A stretch of DNA of 64,000 bases, taken from assembly GCA_021793645.1 (NCBI GenBank), contig JAJYSJ010000002.1:2003-66002 (forward strand). The letters run 5' to 3'. Within the stretch, counting starts at the first letter, position 1, and each line of letters opens with the position of its first letter. Shown in pieces: positions 42,488-50,741 of the stretch. Position numbers and translations under genes: made by a program. Below the pieces are notes generated by a model. That model had not been told where the DNA came from, ran no database searches, and saw only the letters and a list, made by a program, of their open reading frames with translations. This stretch comes from Bacillota bacterium (GTDB lineage Bacteria; Bacillota; Sulfobacillia; JAJZYS01; JAJYTV01).

Positions 42488-43870
42488 GTGACGCTGCGTG
42501 CCCTTGCCTACGATCTCGACATCGAGCTACTGCCCGTGCCTTCCGAGCATCCGATTGCGGATGCACCCGGCCGGATCGGCGTCTCATGCACCGTTCGCCT
42601 GCGCAATGAAGGCCGCCGCCCGGCATCCCAGGTGCATCTCCTGCTGTACCGGCTACTTCGCATCCTGTCCGCCGCAGAGTGGAACGCGACGGAGAAGCCG
42701 CTTTTGCTGCGGCAGTCCGTGCGGCGAATGTCGGTAGAGGGCGCAGATACGCTCTACGTAAATGCCGTGACGCTTTCGCTCGCGCAGGAGCTGGAGCCTG
42801 GCCGAGAGACGACATTGCGTTTGCACTATGGCGGCACGCTTGTCGGATACCGCGAAGCGTTCGCGTATGTCCATGACTCCGTGCAACGCGACGTCGCGGT
42901 CCTCAGGCCGGAGGTGCTCTGGTATCCGCTCATCGCCCGTGCATCCTGGGAGGGGTTCCTCAGCGCCTTGTCCGTGCCGCACTTCCACATGACGGTGCAC
43001 CTTCCGGAGCGCTGGGACTGCTTTGTCGCCTCGAGTGAGGCATCTGACCGAACGCATCGGCAAGTGCAGTTCACGAGCGCTACTCCATCGCTTGGAATGT
43101 ATCTCATCGCTGGACGGTATGGTCATCTGCACCGTGGCGAGATCCACGTCCACCACCTCCCGGGTAGAGAGGAATGGGCACGCGCCGCGTGCTCCGCTGC
43201 CTCCTTCGCCAGATCCACCCTGCGCAGCTGGCTCGGTCCGCCCGCATTCGGTGAAGACAGAGTGACGATCGTTCAGATCCCGGCGGGCTGGGGGTCCCAG
43301 AACCTTCCTGGCATGATCACCCAGACTGGCGAGAGCGACCCGGAACGCACCTTTCGGGAAGTGGTGCACGAGGTCGCCCACTTCTGGACTCCCCTCGGGG
43401 ATCCCAATCGGTTCTGCGACGAGGCGATGGCACATTTCCTCGAGGACCTACTAGAACGCGAAAAGAACGGGGAACAGCGCGGGGAAGCAGCATTCGCCCG
43501 CCACCTTGACGCACTCCGGGACAGCCCGGGCGCGCTGCGCGCTCCACTGGCGACGGCGGCAGGCCGCTTAGAGATCGACGTCATCTCGCGGCACAAGGGG
43601 CCCCTGGCCCTGGCGGTGCTCGATGCCTCTATCGGCCGAGCGCGGTTCTTTCAACTGCTCCGGGACTGGGTCGCCAACCCCGTTGCCGCTGGAGCGAGTG
43701 CTGGAACATTTGCGGAGTTCGTGCGGCGCGCACTCGTTGGCGAACAGGCTTGGAATGTTCAGAAGTTCCTCGACGATTGGTTCTACAGCGAGTCCGACAC
43801 AATCCAGCCGAACCTCCCGATAGCCGCAGCGCTCGACCGCGCGGTCGAGCGCTACAAGAGGAGCCGCTAG
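42488..43870 (+). CDS. Gluzincin/M1 aminopeptidase-like metallopeptidase
   Basis: HEVAHFW zinc motif, downstream DE, and KG..AL..L...IG...F helix typical of M1-like domains; GTG start after GGAGGT. Confidence 0.65.
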   Translation: MTLRALAYDLDIELLPVPSEHPIADAPGRIGVSCTVRLRNEGRRPASQVHLLLYRLLRILSAAEWNATEKPLLLRQSVRRMSVEGADTLYVNAVTLSLAQELEPGRETTLRLHYGGTLVGYREAFAYVHDSVQRDVAVLRPEVLWYPLIARASWEGFLSALSVPHFHMTVHLPERWDCFVASSEASDRTHRQVQFTSATPSLGMYLIAGRYGHLHRGEIHVHHLPGREEWARAACSAASFARSTLRSWLGPPAFGEDRVTIVQIPAGWGSQNLPGMITQTGESDPERTFREVVHEVAHFWTPLGDPNRFCDEAMAHFLEDLLEREKNGEQRGEAAFARHLDALRDSPGALRAPLATAAGRLEIDVISRHKGPLALAVLDASIGRARFFQLLRDWVANPVAAGASAGTFAEFVRRALVGEQAWNVQKFLDDWFYSESDTIQPNLPIAAALDRAVERYKRSR

Positions 43871-43895
43871 CGGAATGCTCCCGTCTCAGCGTACG

Positions 43896-45215
43896 TCAAA
43901 TCAGGCCATCTGCCCTCGCCCGTGCGAGGCGCTCGCTTAGTTCCGCGTCCGAGATGGCCGTAACGCGGCCATCTCGGTACTGCGCCTCGACCCAACCGTG
44001 CAGGCACTCGACCGCGGGATGGTCCTTCGCCACCGACCCCGCCGCCAGACCGAGCTTCCGCTCCAGCCAAAGGGCGACGCCCGCAATGCCCGCCTTGTCC
44101 GTAACGAGCACGCCAGGCGGGCGTCCAAGCAGGCGTCCCGTATCGAAGATGCTGTAGATCTCCTCATCCTTGCGCAGACCGTCAAGGTGGATGCCCGCGG
44201 CAGTGACCTGGCTTTGGGATCCGACGAACGGCGTCATCGGCGGGATCCGGTAGGAGAGGCTTTCCTCGGCGTAGCGCGCGACCTCGGAAACGGCCAGCGT
44301 ATCCACGTCGCTGCGGCCGGTGAGCCCCATCCACTCGAAGAGAAGTCCCTCGATCGGCGTATTGCCGGTGCGCTCGCCGAATCCGAGCAGCGTGCCGTTC
44401 ACGGCGCCGCAGCCGTAGTGCCACGCCGTGACGGCATTTGACAGCCCGTGATGGAAGTCGTTGTGGCCGTGCCACTCGAGAGCCGCCTCCGGTACGCCGG
44501 CTTCGTGGCGCAGTGCGGCAACGAGCTTCGGCACGCTGCGCGGCGGCGCAGCGTCGTCATAGCCGACGCCGTAGCCAAGCGTGTCGCAGAGGCGGATCTT
44601 CACCTGGATGCCGCTCTCGCGGCTGCGCTCCATCAGGATGCGTGCGAAGGGCACGACGAACCCCTCGATGTCTGCCCGCGTCACGTCCTCAAAGTGGCAG
44701 CGCGGCACGATTCCCTCCGCGAGGGCCGCGTCCACGATCGCGAGATATGCCTCCACGGCCCTTCGGCGGTCCAGACGCAGCTTGCGATAGATGTGGTAAT
44801 CGGAGCACGAGGTGAGGATTCCGGTCTCGCGCACACCCGCCGCCTTGACCAGCGCGAAGTCCTCAGGCCTGGCACGGATCCAGGCTGTGACCTCCGGGAA
44901 GCGATAGCCGCGTTCCTGGCAGACCTCAACAGCCCGGCGGTCGCGCTCGCTGTACAGGAAGAACTCGGACTGGCGTACGAGACCGGCTTCTCCGCCAAGC
45001 CGATGCAGCAGGTCGAAGAGCCGCAGGATCTCCTGCGGCGTGTAGGGCGCACGGGCCTGCTGCCCGTCGCGGAAGGTCGTGTCAGTGATGTGGGGATCCT
45101 TTGCCGGATGCGGCGCGACGCGCACGCCGTCGAAGGGAATGCGCGGCGGCTGCGTGTACGGGAAGACCTCGCGGAGGAGTTCCGGTTCCTGGCGGTTCAG
45201 TGCGGATTCGTGCAT
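43896..45215 (-). CDS. Re-citrate synthase-like (DRE-TIM / isopropylmalate synthase superfamily)
   Basis: ITDTTFRDGQQAR.PYT, LLHRLGG..G.VRQSEFFLYS, PRCHFEDVTRAD, EWHGHNDF, GERTGN, AGIH.DG. Confidence 0.82.
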   Translation of the reverse strand: MHESALNRQEPELLREVFPYTQPPRIPFDGVRVAPHPAKDPHITDTTFRDGQQARAPYTPQEILRLFDLLHRLGGEAGLVRQSEFFLYSERDRRAVEVCQERGYRFPEVTAWIRARPEDFALVKAAGVRETGILTSCSDYHIYRKLRLDRRRAVEAYLAIVDAALAEGIVPRCHFEDVTRADIEGFVVPFARILMERSRESGIQVKIRLCDTLGYGVGYDDAAPPRSVPKLVAALRHEAGVPEAALEWHGHNDFHHGLSNAVTAWHYGCGAVNGTLLGFGERTGNTPIEGLLFEWMGLTGRSDVDTLAVSEVARYAEESLSYRIPPMTPFVGSQSQVTAAGIHLDGLRKDEEIYSIFDTGRLLGRPPGVLVTDKAGIAGVALWLERKLGLAAGSVAKDHPAVECLHGWVEAQYRDGRVTAISDAELSERLARARADGLI

Positions 45216-45315
45216 ATTGTTCGCCCCCCCTTGCATCATCGCTTGACGAGAATGATCGTGAATCCCAAATATTCAAATAGACACTTCACATTTTCCGATC
45301 AGCGAGGGATGGCTG

Positions 45316-46206
45316 ATGGACACGACAGCGCTGCGTACCTTCGTCGTGGCCGCGCGCGCCGGCAGCTTCCGCCGGGCTGCCGCGCTGCGCTACCTTTCCC
45401 AGGCCACCGTGACCCAGCAGATCCAGCGGCTCGAGGCAGAGCTCGGAACGCCGCTGTTCGACCGCAGCGGGCGTGCGGTGCGCCTGTCCGCGGCAGGAAG
45501 CGCCTTCCTGCCGCGTGCGGAGCGCGTGCTGCGGGAGCTTGCGGCCGCTCAGGCCGACCTCGGTGAAGGCAGACCCGCTCCCCTGCGCATCGCCGCGGCA
45601 CCGCACATCGCCCGGGTCTTCCTGCCGTCGCTGCTCGCGCGCGCTGCGGCGCCCGAGCGCTGGGCGCTGTCCGTCCTCTCCTCGACCGATGTTCCGGAAG
45701 CGGTGCGTACAGGCGAGGCGGACGTCGGACTCGCCCGTTTCCGCCCTCTCCCCCTCGATCTGCAGTCGATCTTCCTCTACGAGGACGATCTCCTGCTGAT
45801 CACCGCCCACGACGGCCTCGACCTCGACCGCGAGCCACCCGACCCTGCCGATCTGCTCGGACGGCTGCCGCTCTTCACCTACGGCCCCGGAGCGACCTGG
45901 ATCGCAGTGGAGGAGGCCCTTCGCCGGGCCGGATTGCCAGCCCCACGGTTGATGCACGTAGCCCAAATCGACATCGCAAAGCAGTTCGTGCTGGGCGGAT
46001 TCGGTGTCGCTATCCTGCCAAATGCCGCCGTGCGCACGGAACTTGCCTTCGGCAGTGTGCTCGCGGTACCGCTCCTAGGCATTGCCCTGCCGAAGGACGG
46101 CGTGTACGCGATCCTCCCCGCCGAACCTTCACCCGCTGCCCAGCAGTTCGTGCAGCGGGCGGGGACCTGGTTCCTCGGACGAAGGACGGGCCACCACGGA
46201 ACTTGA
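45316..46206 (+). CDS. LysR-family regulator, CitR-like
   Basis: LysR HTH (TFVVAA...SFRRAA..YLSQATVT), HDG.D...PP insert, M.V.Q..IAK.F...G.GV..LP; divergent from a citrate synthase gene. Confidence 0.85.
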   Translation: MDTTALRTFVVAARAGSFRRAAALRYLSQATVTQQIQRLEAELGTPLFDRSGRAVRLSAAGSAFLPRAERVLRELAAAQADLGEGRPAPLRIAAAPHIARVFLPSLLARAAAPERWALSVLSSTDVPEAVRTGEADVGLARFRPLPLDLQSIFLYEDDLLLITAHDGLDLDREPPDPADLLGRLPLFTYGPGATWIAVEEALRRAGLPAPRLMHVAQIDIAKQFVLGGFGVAILPNAAVRTELAFGSVLAVPLLGIALPKDGVYAILPAEPSPAAQQFVQRAGTWFLGRRTGHHGT

Positions 46207-46349
46207 TCTTGTGTCTCTTGGCAGGCGGCAGGACCCTGCGGAGGTCCAGGCGCCATGCGATGCGCGTCTTCGGGAAACTTGTCGTATGGGTCTACTTTCG
46301 TACATCCCGGCATACATGCACCCCATCCGCATAAGGGGGGCTTCTTGCC

Positions 46350-47660
46350 ATGGCCCTGGATCCAGACCGGTTTGACGAGGCGCCCCATGCCACCCTGTCG
46401 CAGCGGATCCGCTCACGCACCGCGCGGGTAGCGGTCATCGGAATGGGCTACGTCGGCTCTCAACTGGCCCTCGCCCAAGCGGAAGCCGGCTACCACGTAC
46501 TCGGCATCGAGGTTGACCCGGTCCGCCTGACCCAACTGAAGCTGGCAACAGATCTCTCGTCTCGCATCGCCGGCGGCAGCCTTCAACTGACCAATGACGT
46601 GCAGGCGCTCAGCACTGCAGACGTGATCGCAATCTGCGTCGGGACGCCTCTCAGTCGCAACCACGAACCCGACGTGGGGCCGCTGTGCTCAGCTGCAGCA
46701 GCGGTCGGCAGCACACTGCACCCTGGCCAGCTCGTTATCGTGGAGAGCACCGTGTACCCGGGTGCGACAGAGGAATTGGTGCGGGGGATCCTCGACGATC
46801 GCGGGCTCGTCTGCGGCGAGGACTACTTCCTCGCCTACGCCCCTGAACGCGTGGACCCCGGCAATCAACGGTACAGGTTTCGCAACACCCCGAAGTTGGT
46901 CGCAGGGGTAACCCCGGAGGCTGGCTCTCTGGCGAAAGCATTCTACTCCTCCGCTGTGGAGCAGGTCCTGGAGGTCTCGGAACCGAGAATTGCGGAGATG
47001 GCCAAGCTCTACGAGAACGCCTACCGCGCGGTGAACATCTCCTTCGTCAACGAGATGATGCTGCTGTGCCACCACATGGGCATCGACGTGTGGGAGGTTC
47101 TGTCCGCGGCGGAGAGCAAGCCGTTCGGCATCCAGATCTTCCAGCCCGGTCCAGGCATCGGCGGCCACTGCATTCCCGTCGATCCCTTCTACCTCTCCTG
47201 GAAAGCACGGGAATACGGCTTCCAGATCGGCTTCATCGAGCAGGTCGCTCGGGTGAACTGGCAGGTTGCCAGGCATGTCGTGCAGCAGGTCTCCACCGCG
47301 CTGAGCGACTCGGGGAAGAGCCTGCGAAACGCGAAGCTCCTGGTCCTCGGGGTGGCCTACAAGGCGGACGTCGCCGACGTCCGTGAATCGGCGGCATTGC
47401 GAATCCTGCCGGAACTCAGGAAGCTCGGTGCGCAGGTCCGCTACCACGATCCCCTCGTCGCCGAACTGGAAGTCGACGGTGAGCACCTGCGCAGCGTCGA
47501 CCTTACACCCGACGCGTTGGCGTCCTCCGATTGCGTGCTCGTGCTGACCGACCACAGCGGCGTCGACTACGAGGCGGTAGTGCGCTACGCACCCTTGGTC
47601 TACGACACGCGCAACGCGACCCGGCTGCAGCTTCCATCCCCCAACGTGTTGCGACTGTAG
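46350..47660 (+). CDS. Nucleotide-sugar 6-dehydrogenase (WbpA/WecC UDP-N-acetylhexosamine dehydrogenase type)
   Basis: GMGYVG, ICVGTP, ESTVYPGAT, PERVDPGN, KLYEN, PGPGIGGHCIPVDP, GVAYK.DV.D.RES. Confidence 0.9.
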   Translation: MALDPDRFDEAPHATLSQRIRSRTARVAVIGMGYVGSQLALAQAEAGYHVLGIEVDPVRLTQLKLATDLSSRIAGGSLQLTNDVQALSTADVIAICVGTPLSRNHEPDVGPLCSAAAAVGSTLHPGQLVIVESTVYPGATEELVRGILDDRGLVCGEDYFLAYAPERVDPGNQRYRFRNTPKLVAGVTPEAGSLAKAFYSSAVEQVLEVSEPRIAEMAKLYENAYRAVNISFVNEMMLLCHHMGIDVWEVLSAAESKPFGIQIFQPGPGIGGHCIPVDPFYLSWKAREYGFQIGFIEQVARVNWQVARHVVQQVSTALSDSGKSLRNAKLLVLGVAYKADVADVRESAALRILPELRKLGAQVRYHDPLVAELEVDGEHLRSVDLTPDALASSDCVLVLTDHSGVDYEAVVRYAPLVYDTRNATRLQLPSPNVLRL

Positions 47661-47672
47661 GCGGCGGGCGCA

Positions 47673-48959
47673 ATGCTGCACGTTCCGAAACTGCAGGGTC
47701 TGATGCTGTTCCTGATCGTCGCGGCTGCCGTCGTGGGGCTGAACGCCGCGATGAACCAGGGGGGAATGCTCGGTTTCAGTCTCTACGGCGCGGTCACCTT
47801 GACGTATCTCCTGCTCAAGATCCTCTTCTCGCTCTGGTACCGTCCATTCGAGGCGCCCGAGGGTTGGTGTGACGATCAATCGGTCGCCGTCATTGTGCCG
47901 GTATACAACGAGGATCTGGAAGTGTTCCAGCGCTGCCTGCAGAGCATTCTCCTACAGAGCAGGCCAATCGACGAGATCTACGTGGTCGACGATGGATCGC
48001 AAGATGACGCATGTTTTCGCGTGGCCCAGGAAACGTTCCGCGGGACGCCACACCGGGTCGTGCGCTTCACCGAGAACCGCGGCAAGCGATACGCCCAGGA
48101 GGTGGCATTTCGCGAGACCACTGCCGACATCGTGCTCACTGTCGACAGCGACAGCGTCCTCGACGAGAACGCAGTGCGTGAAGGCTTGAAGCCCTTTTCC
48201 ATGACCAGTGTCCAGGGAGTCTGCGGCCAGGTGCGTGTGCTGAACCGCGACCAGAATTTCCTTACCCGGTTGCTCGATCTGCGGTACCGCAACTCGTTCC
48301 TCTACGAGCGGACGGCGTACACCGTCTGGGATTCGGTGCTCTGCTCCTCCGGCGTGATCAGCTTCTGGCGGGTTGCGCTGGTGCGCTCACACCTCGACGA
48401 CTACGTGAACCAGACCTTCCTCGGCGTGCCCGTGGGGTACGGCGACGATCGCAGGATGACCAACTACGCCTTGCTGACGGGGCGTGTGGTGTTTCAGGAG
48501 ACAGCCGTCGCCGATACCGTCGTCCCCATCACCCTGCGCCATTTCCTAAAGCAGCAGAACCGGTGGAACAAGTCGTTCTTTCGCGAGACGATCTTCGCAC
48601 TGACCCGCCTCCCGCTGCGGCGCATTGCGTGGTGGATTTCCTTGAGCGAGGTTGCGCTGTGGCTGTTCTTCACGGTCAATCTGGTCGCCAGCGTGATCCG
48701 GCCCCTGGTCGGCGGCACTGCGCTTGGCGTCTACTACCTCGGGTATCTCGCCTTGATGGCGTACGCCCGCAACGTGCGGTTTGGACTGGGAAACTGGGGT
48801 ACGTTCCTGCTCTCCCCGCTGTACGGCGCCTTGCATCTGTTCCTGCTCGTTCCGCTCCGCGTCCTGAGTCTCTTCTCCCTGCGCGACGGACGATGGGGAA
48901 CGCGCGAGGCCGGCGGGCCTCCCCCGCCTACGGTGGGCAGCAACGTCTCGTCTGCGTAG
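47673..48959 (+). CDS. Processive GT2 synthase, hyaluronan synthase (HasA)/NodC-like
   Basis: VPVYNED, VVDDGS, NRGKR.AQ, TVDSD, NQTFLG.PV..GDDR.MTNYA, QQNRWNKSFFRE, C-terminal WGTR; N- and C-terminal TM segments. Confidence 0.9.
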   Translation: MLHVPKLQGLMLFLIVAAAVVGLNAAMNQGGMLGFSLYGAVTLTYLLLKILFSLWYRPFEAPEGWCDDQSVAVIVPVYNEDLEVFQRCLQSILLQSRPIDEIYVVDDGSQDDACFRVAQETFRGTPHRVVRFTENRGKRYAQEVAFRETTADIVLTVDSDSVLDENAVREGLKPFSMTSVQGVCGQVRVLNRDQNFLTRLLDLRYRNSFLYERTAYTVWDSVLCSSGVISFWRVALVRSHLDDYVNQTFLGVPVGYGDDRRMTNYALLTGRVVFQETAVADTVVPITLRHFLKQQNRWNKSFFRETIFALTRLPLRRIAWWISLSEVALWLFFTVNLVASVIRPLVGGTALGVYYLGYLALMAYARNVRFGLGNWGTFLLSPLYGALHLFLLVPLRVLSLFSLRDGRWGTREAGGPPPPTVGSNVSSA

Positions 48960-48971
48960 GGGGGTTTCGCG

Positions 48972-50573
48972 TTGTCGCGGTCTCGGGTAATTCTTCTCGT
49001 CCTGATCGTTGCCGGGATGCTGCTGGCGCTGGTGATGGAGTCCGGGCTCTGGTCACCGTCCATCTCCCCTGCGCGGGTCACCGAAGCGTTCACCAGCATG
49101 AGCGGCACGCCGCCGCCTCCATCCCCTCCACGCCTGCCGCCGGTTGCAACCGCCTCCTGCAGATCGGCCTCTCAGTCGTGGCTGCAGGTCTGGGGCGACA
49201 ACTTCAATCAACCCTTTGACAACTACCGCTGGCATGTCATGACGGGACAGCCGCGCAAGAACGGTGAAGTGGAGAACTACCTTGCAGCGAACGTACTGGA
49301 TCAGGGTGGCAACCTCGTTCTGCGTACAGCACGGGAAGGATCAGGCTACTCCTCCGGCGCCGTCGACACCAGAGGCACCCTGTCCCTGCTCTATGGCAAG
49401 ATCGTCATCCGTGCGAAGCTGCTGCGCGGCCAAGGGATCTGGCCGGCATTCTGGCTCAGGCCAGTGAGCGGCAGCCTGCTGCCGGAGATCGACATCATGG
49501 AAATGCTCGGGAGCCGGCCGAACGCAGTCGATATGACACTGCACTGGGAATCCGCACAGGGACCCACGCACACCTACATCGAGCACATTGGGCCAGACCT
49601 CTCGGCTGGCTTCCATACCTACACGCTCGTCTGGCTGCCCGGCGACCTGCGCTGGTACCTTGATGGGCAGCTGCTCCTCAATGTGACGGCCCACGTTCCG
49701 AATGTACCGATGTACCTCACGATGAACACTGCTGTCGGCAGCACCTGGGGGGGCTACCCGGCGCCAAGCACGCAATTGCCCCAGGATCTGCTGGTAGACT
49801 TCGTGCACGTCTACCAGTACGGCATCTGCACCAGCGGGCACTTTACGCCGTCCCCGGGCGAGTACGTCAACATGAGCTGCGAGTGCCGGGTCGGCGTGTT
49901 CGTTCTGCACCAGGTCTCGTCGACTAACCTTGGCCCCTACAATATCACGCCAGCCCAGCTTGCGGCGGACGTCGACTACCTGCGCCGTCACCACGTCCGC
50001 TTCATGTCGCTGGAGCAGTTCCTCACCTTCGAGGAAGGCCGCTGGAAACCGCAGGGAGCCTGGGTGCTTCTCACCTTCGATGACGGCTACAGCAGCATCT
50101 ACCGGAATGCGCGACCGATCTTGGCGGCGCGCCACATTCCGGCGGTCCTGTTCCTCATCGGCAGCAGACTTGATACGGAACGCTTCTGGATGTCCACAGT
50201 CCAGGTGAAGAGTCTCGCGCACAGTGGCCTTTGGGCAATTGAAGCACATACCTTCGCAGAGCACCACCTCGTTCACGGCGTGCCGGTGCTGCAAACCCTC
50301 GAGAGCAAGAAGCAAGAGGTCGTCATCGTGCACGACACCTGGCGCGAGCAGGCGGTTATCCGCTCCTTGACCGGCAGATCGGCATACGCCTTCGCCTTCC
50401 CATACGGCTACGAGACCCCGACGCTGGCCGCTCTCTACAGCCGCAGCTATGCCATCACCTTCGACTCGCACTACGCCTTGGCGCAGCCCGGCCAAGATGT
50501 GGTGCCGCGCATAGACCTCGGGTCACCCAAAGCGGACGTTCAGGCGATCTGGCAGCATTGGTTTGCGCATTAG
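48972..50573 (+). CDS. Exported GH16 glycoside hydrolase fused to a CE4 polysaccharide deacetylase
   Basis: N-terminal signal/TM and Pro-rich linker; GH16 WPAFW and EIDIME catalytic motif; CE4 TFDDG, HTFAEH and AFPYG motifs. Confidence 0.85.
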   Translation: MSRSRVILLVLIVAGMLLALVMESGLWSPSISPARVTEAFTSMSGTPPPPSPPRLPPVATASCRSASQSWLQVWGDNFNQPFDNYRWHVMTGQPRKNGEVENYLAANVLDQGGNLVLRTAREGSGYSSGAVDTRGTLSLLYGKIVIRAKLLRGQGIWPAFWLRPVSGSLLPEIDIMEMLGSRPNAVDMTLHWESAQGPTHTYIEHIGPDLSAGFHTYTLVWLPGDLRWYLDGQLLLNVTAHVPNVPMYLTMNTAVGSTWGGYPAPSTQLPQDLLVDFVHVYQYGICTSGHFTPSPGEYVNMSCECRVGVFVLHQVSSTNLGPYNITPAQLAADVDYLRRHHVRFMSLEQFLTFEEGRWKPQGAWVLLTFDDGYSSIYRNARPILAARHIPAVLFLIGSRLDTERFWMSTVQVKSLAHSGLWAIEAHTFAEHHLVHGVPVLQTLESKKQEVVIVHDTWREQAVIRSLTGRSAYAFAFPYGYETPTLAALYSRSYAITFDSHYALAQPGQDVVPRIDLGSPKADVQAIWQHWFAH

Positions 50574-50741
50574 ACCACAACGCCAGCCGAGCGGGACCTC
50601 CGGCAGTTTGCTGCGCGCCCGCTGCCACTACTTCCGCTGGAAGATCCTCACCCGGTCCTCGGCCGCATTTGATACTGGATCTCGAGCAAGGCACAGGCCC
50701 GGCGAAGGCACTGCCTCCACCGGGCCAGCCGTACTGTTTGC

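Noticed and set aside
41227-42815. Long N-terminal extensions of gap and pgk in the ORF track (also rph, the 2-hydroxyacid dehydrogenase, the thioesterase and asnO)
   Set aside because: Downstream starts match the family N-termini, mostly with a clear SD; the extensions are open-frame artefacts.
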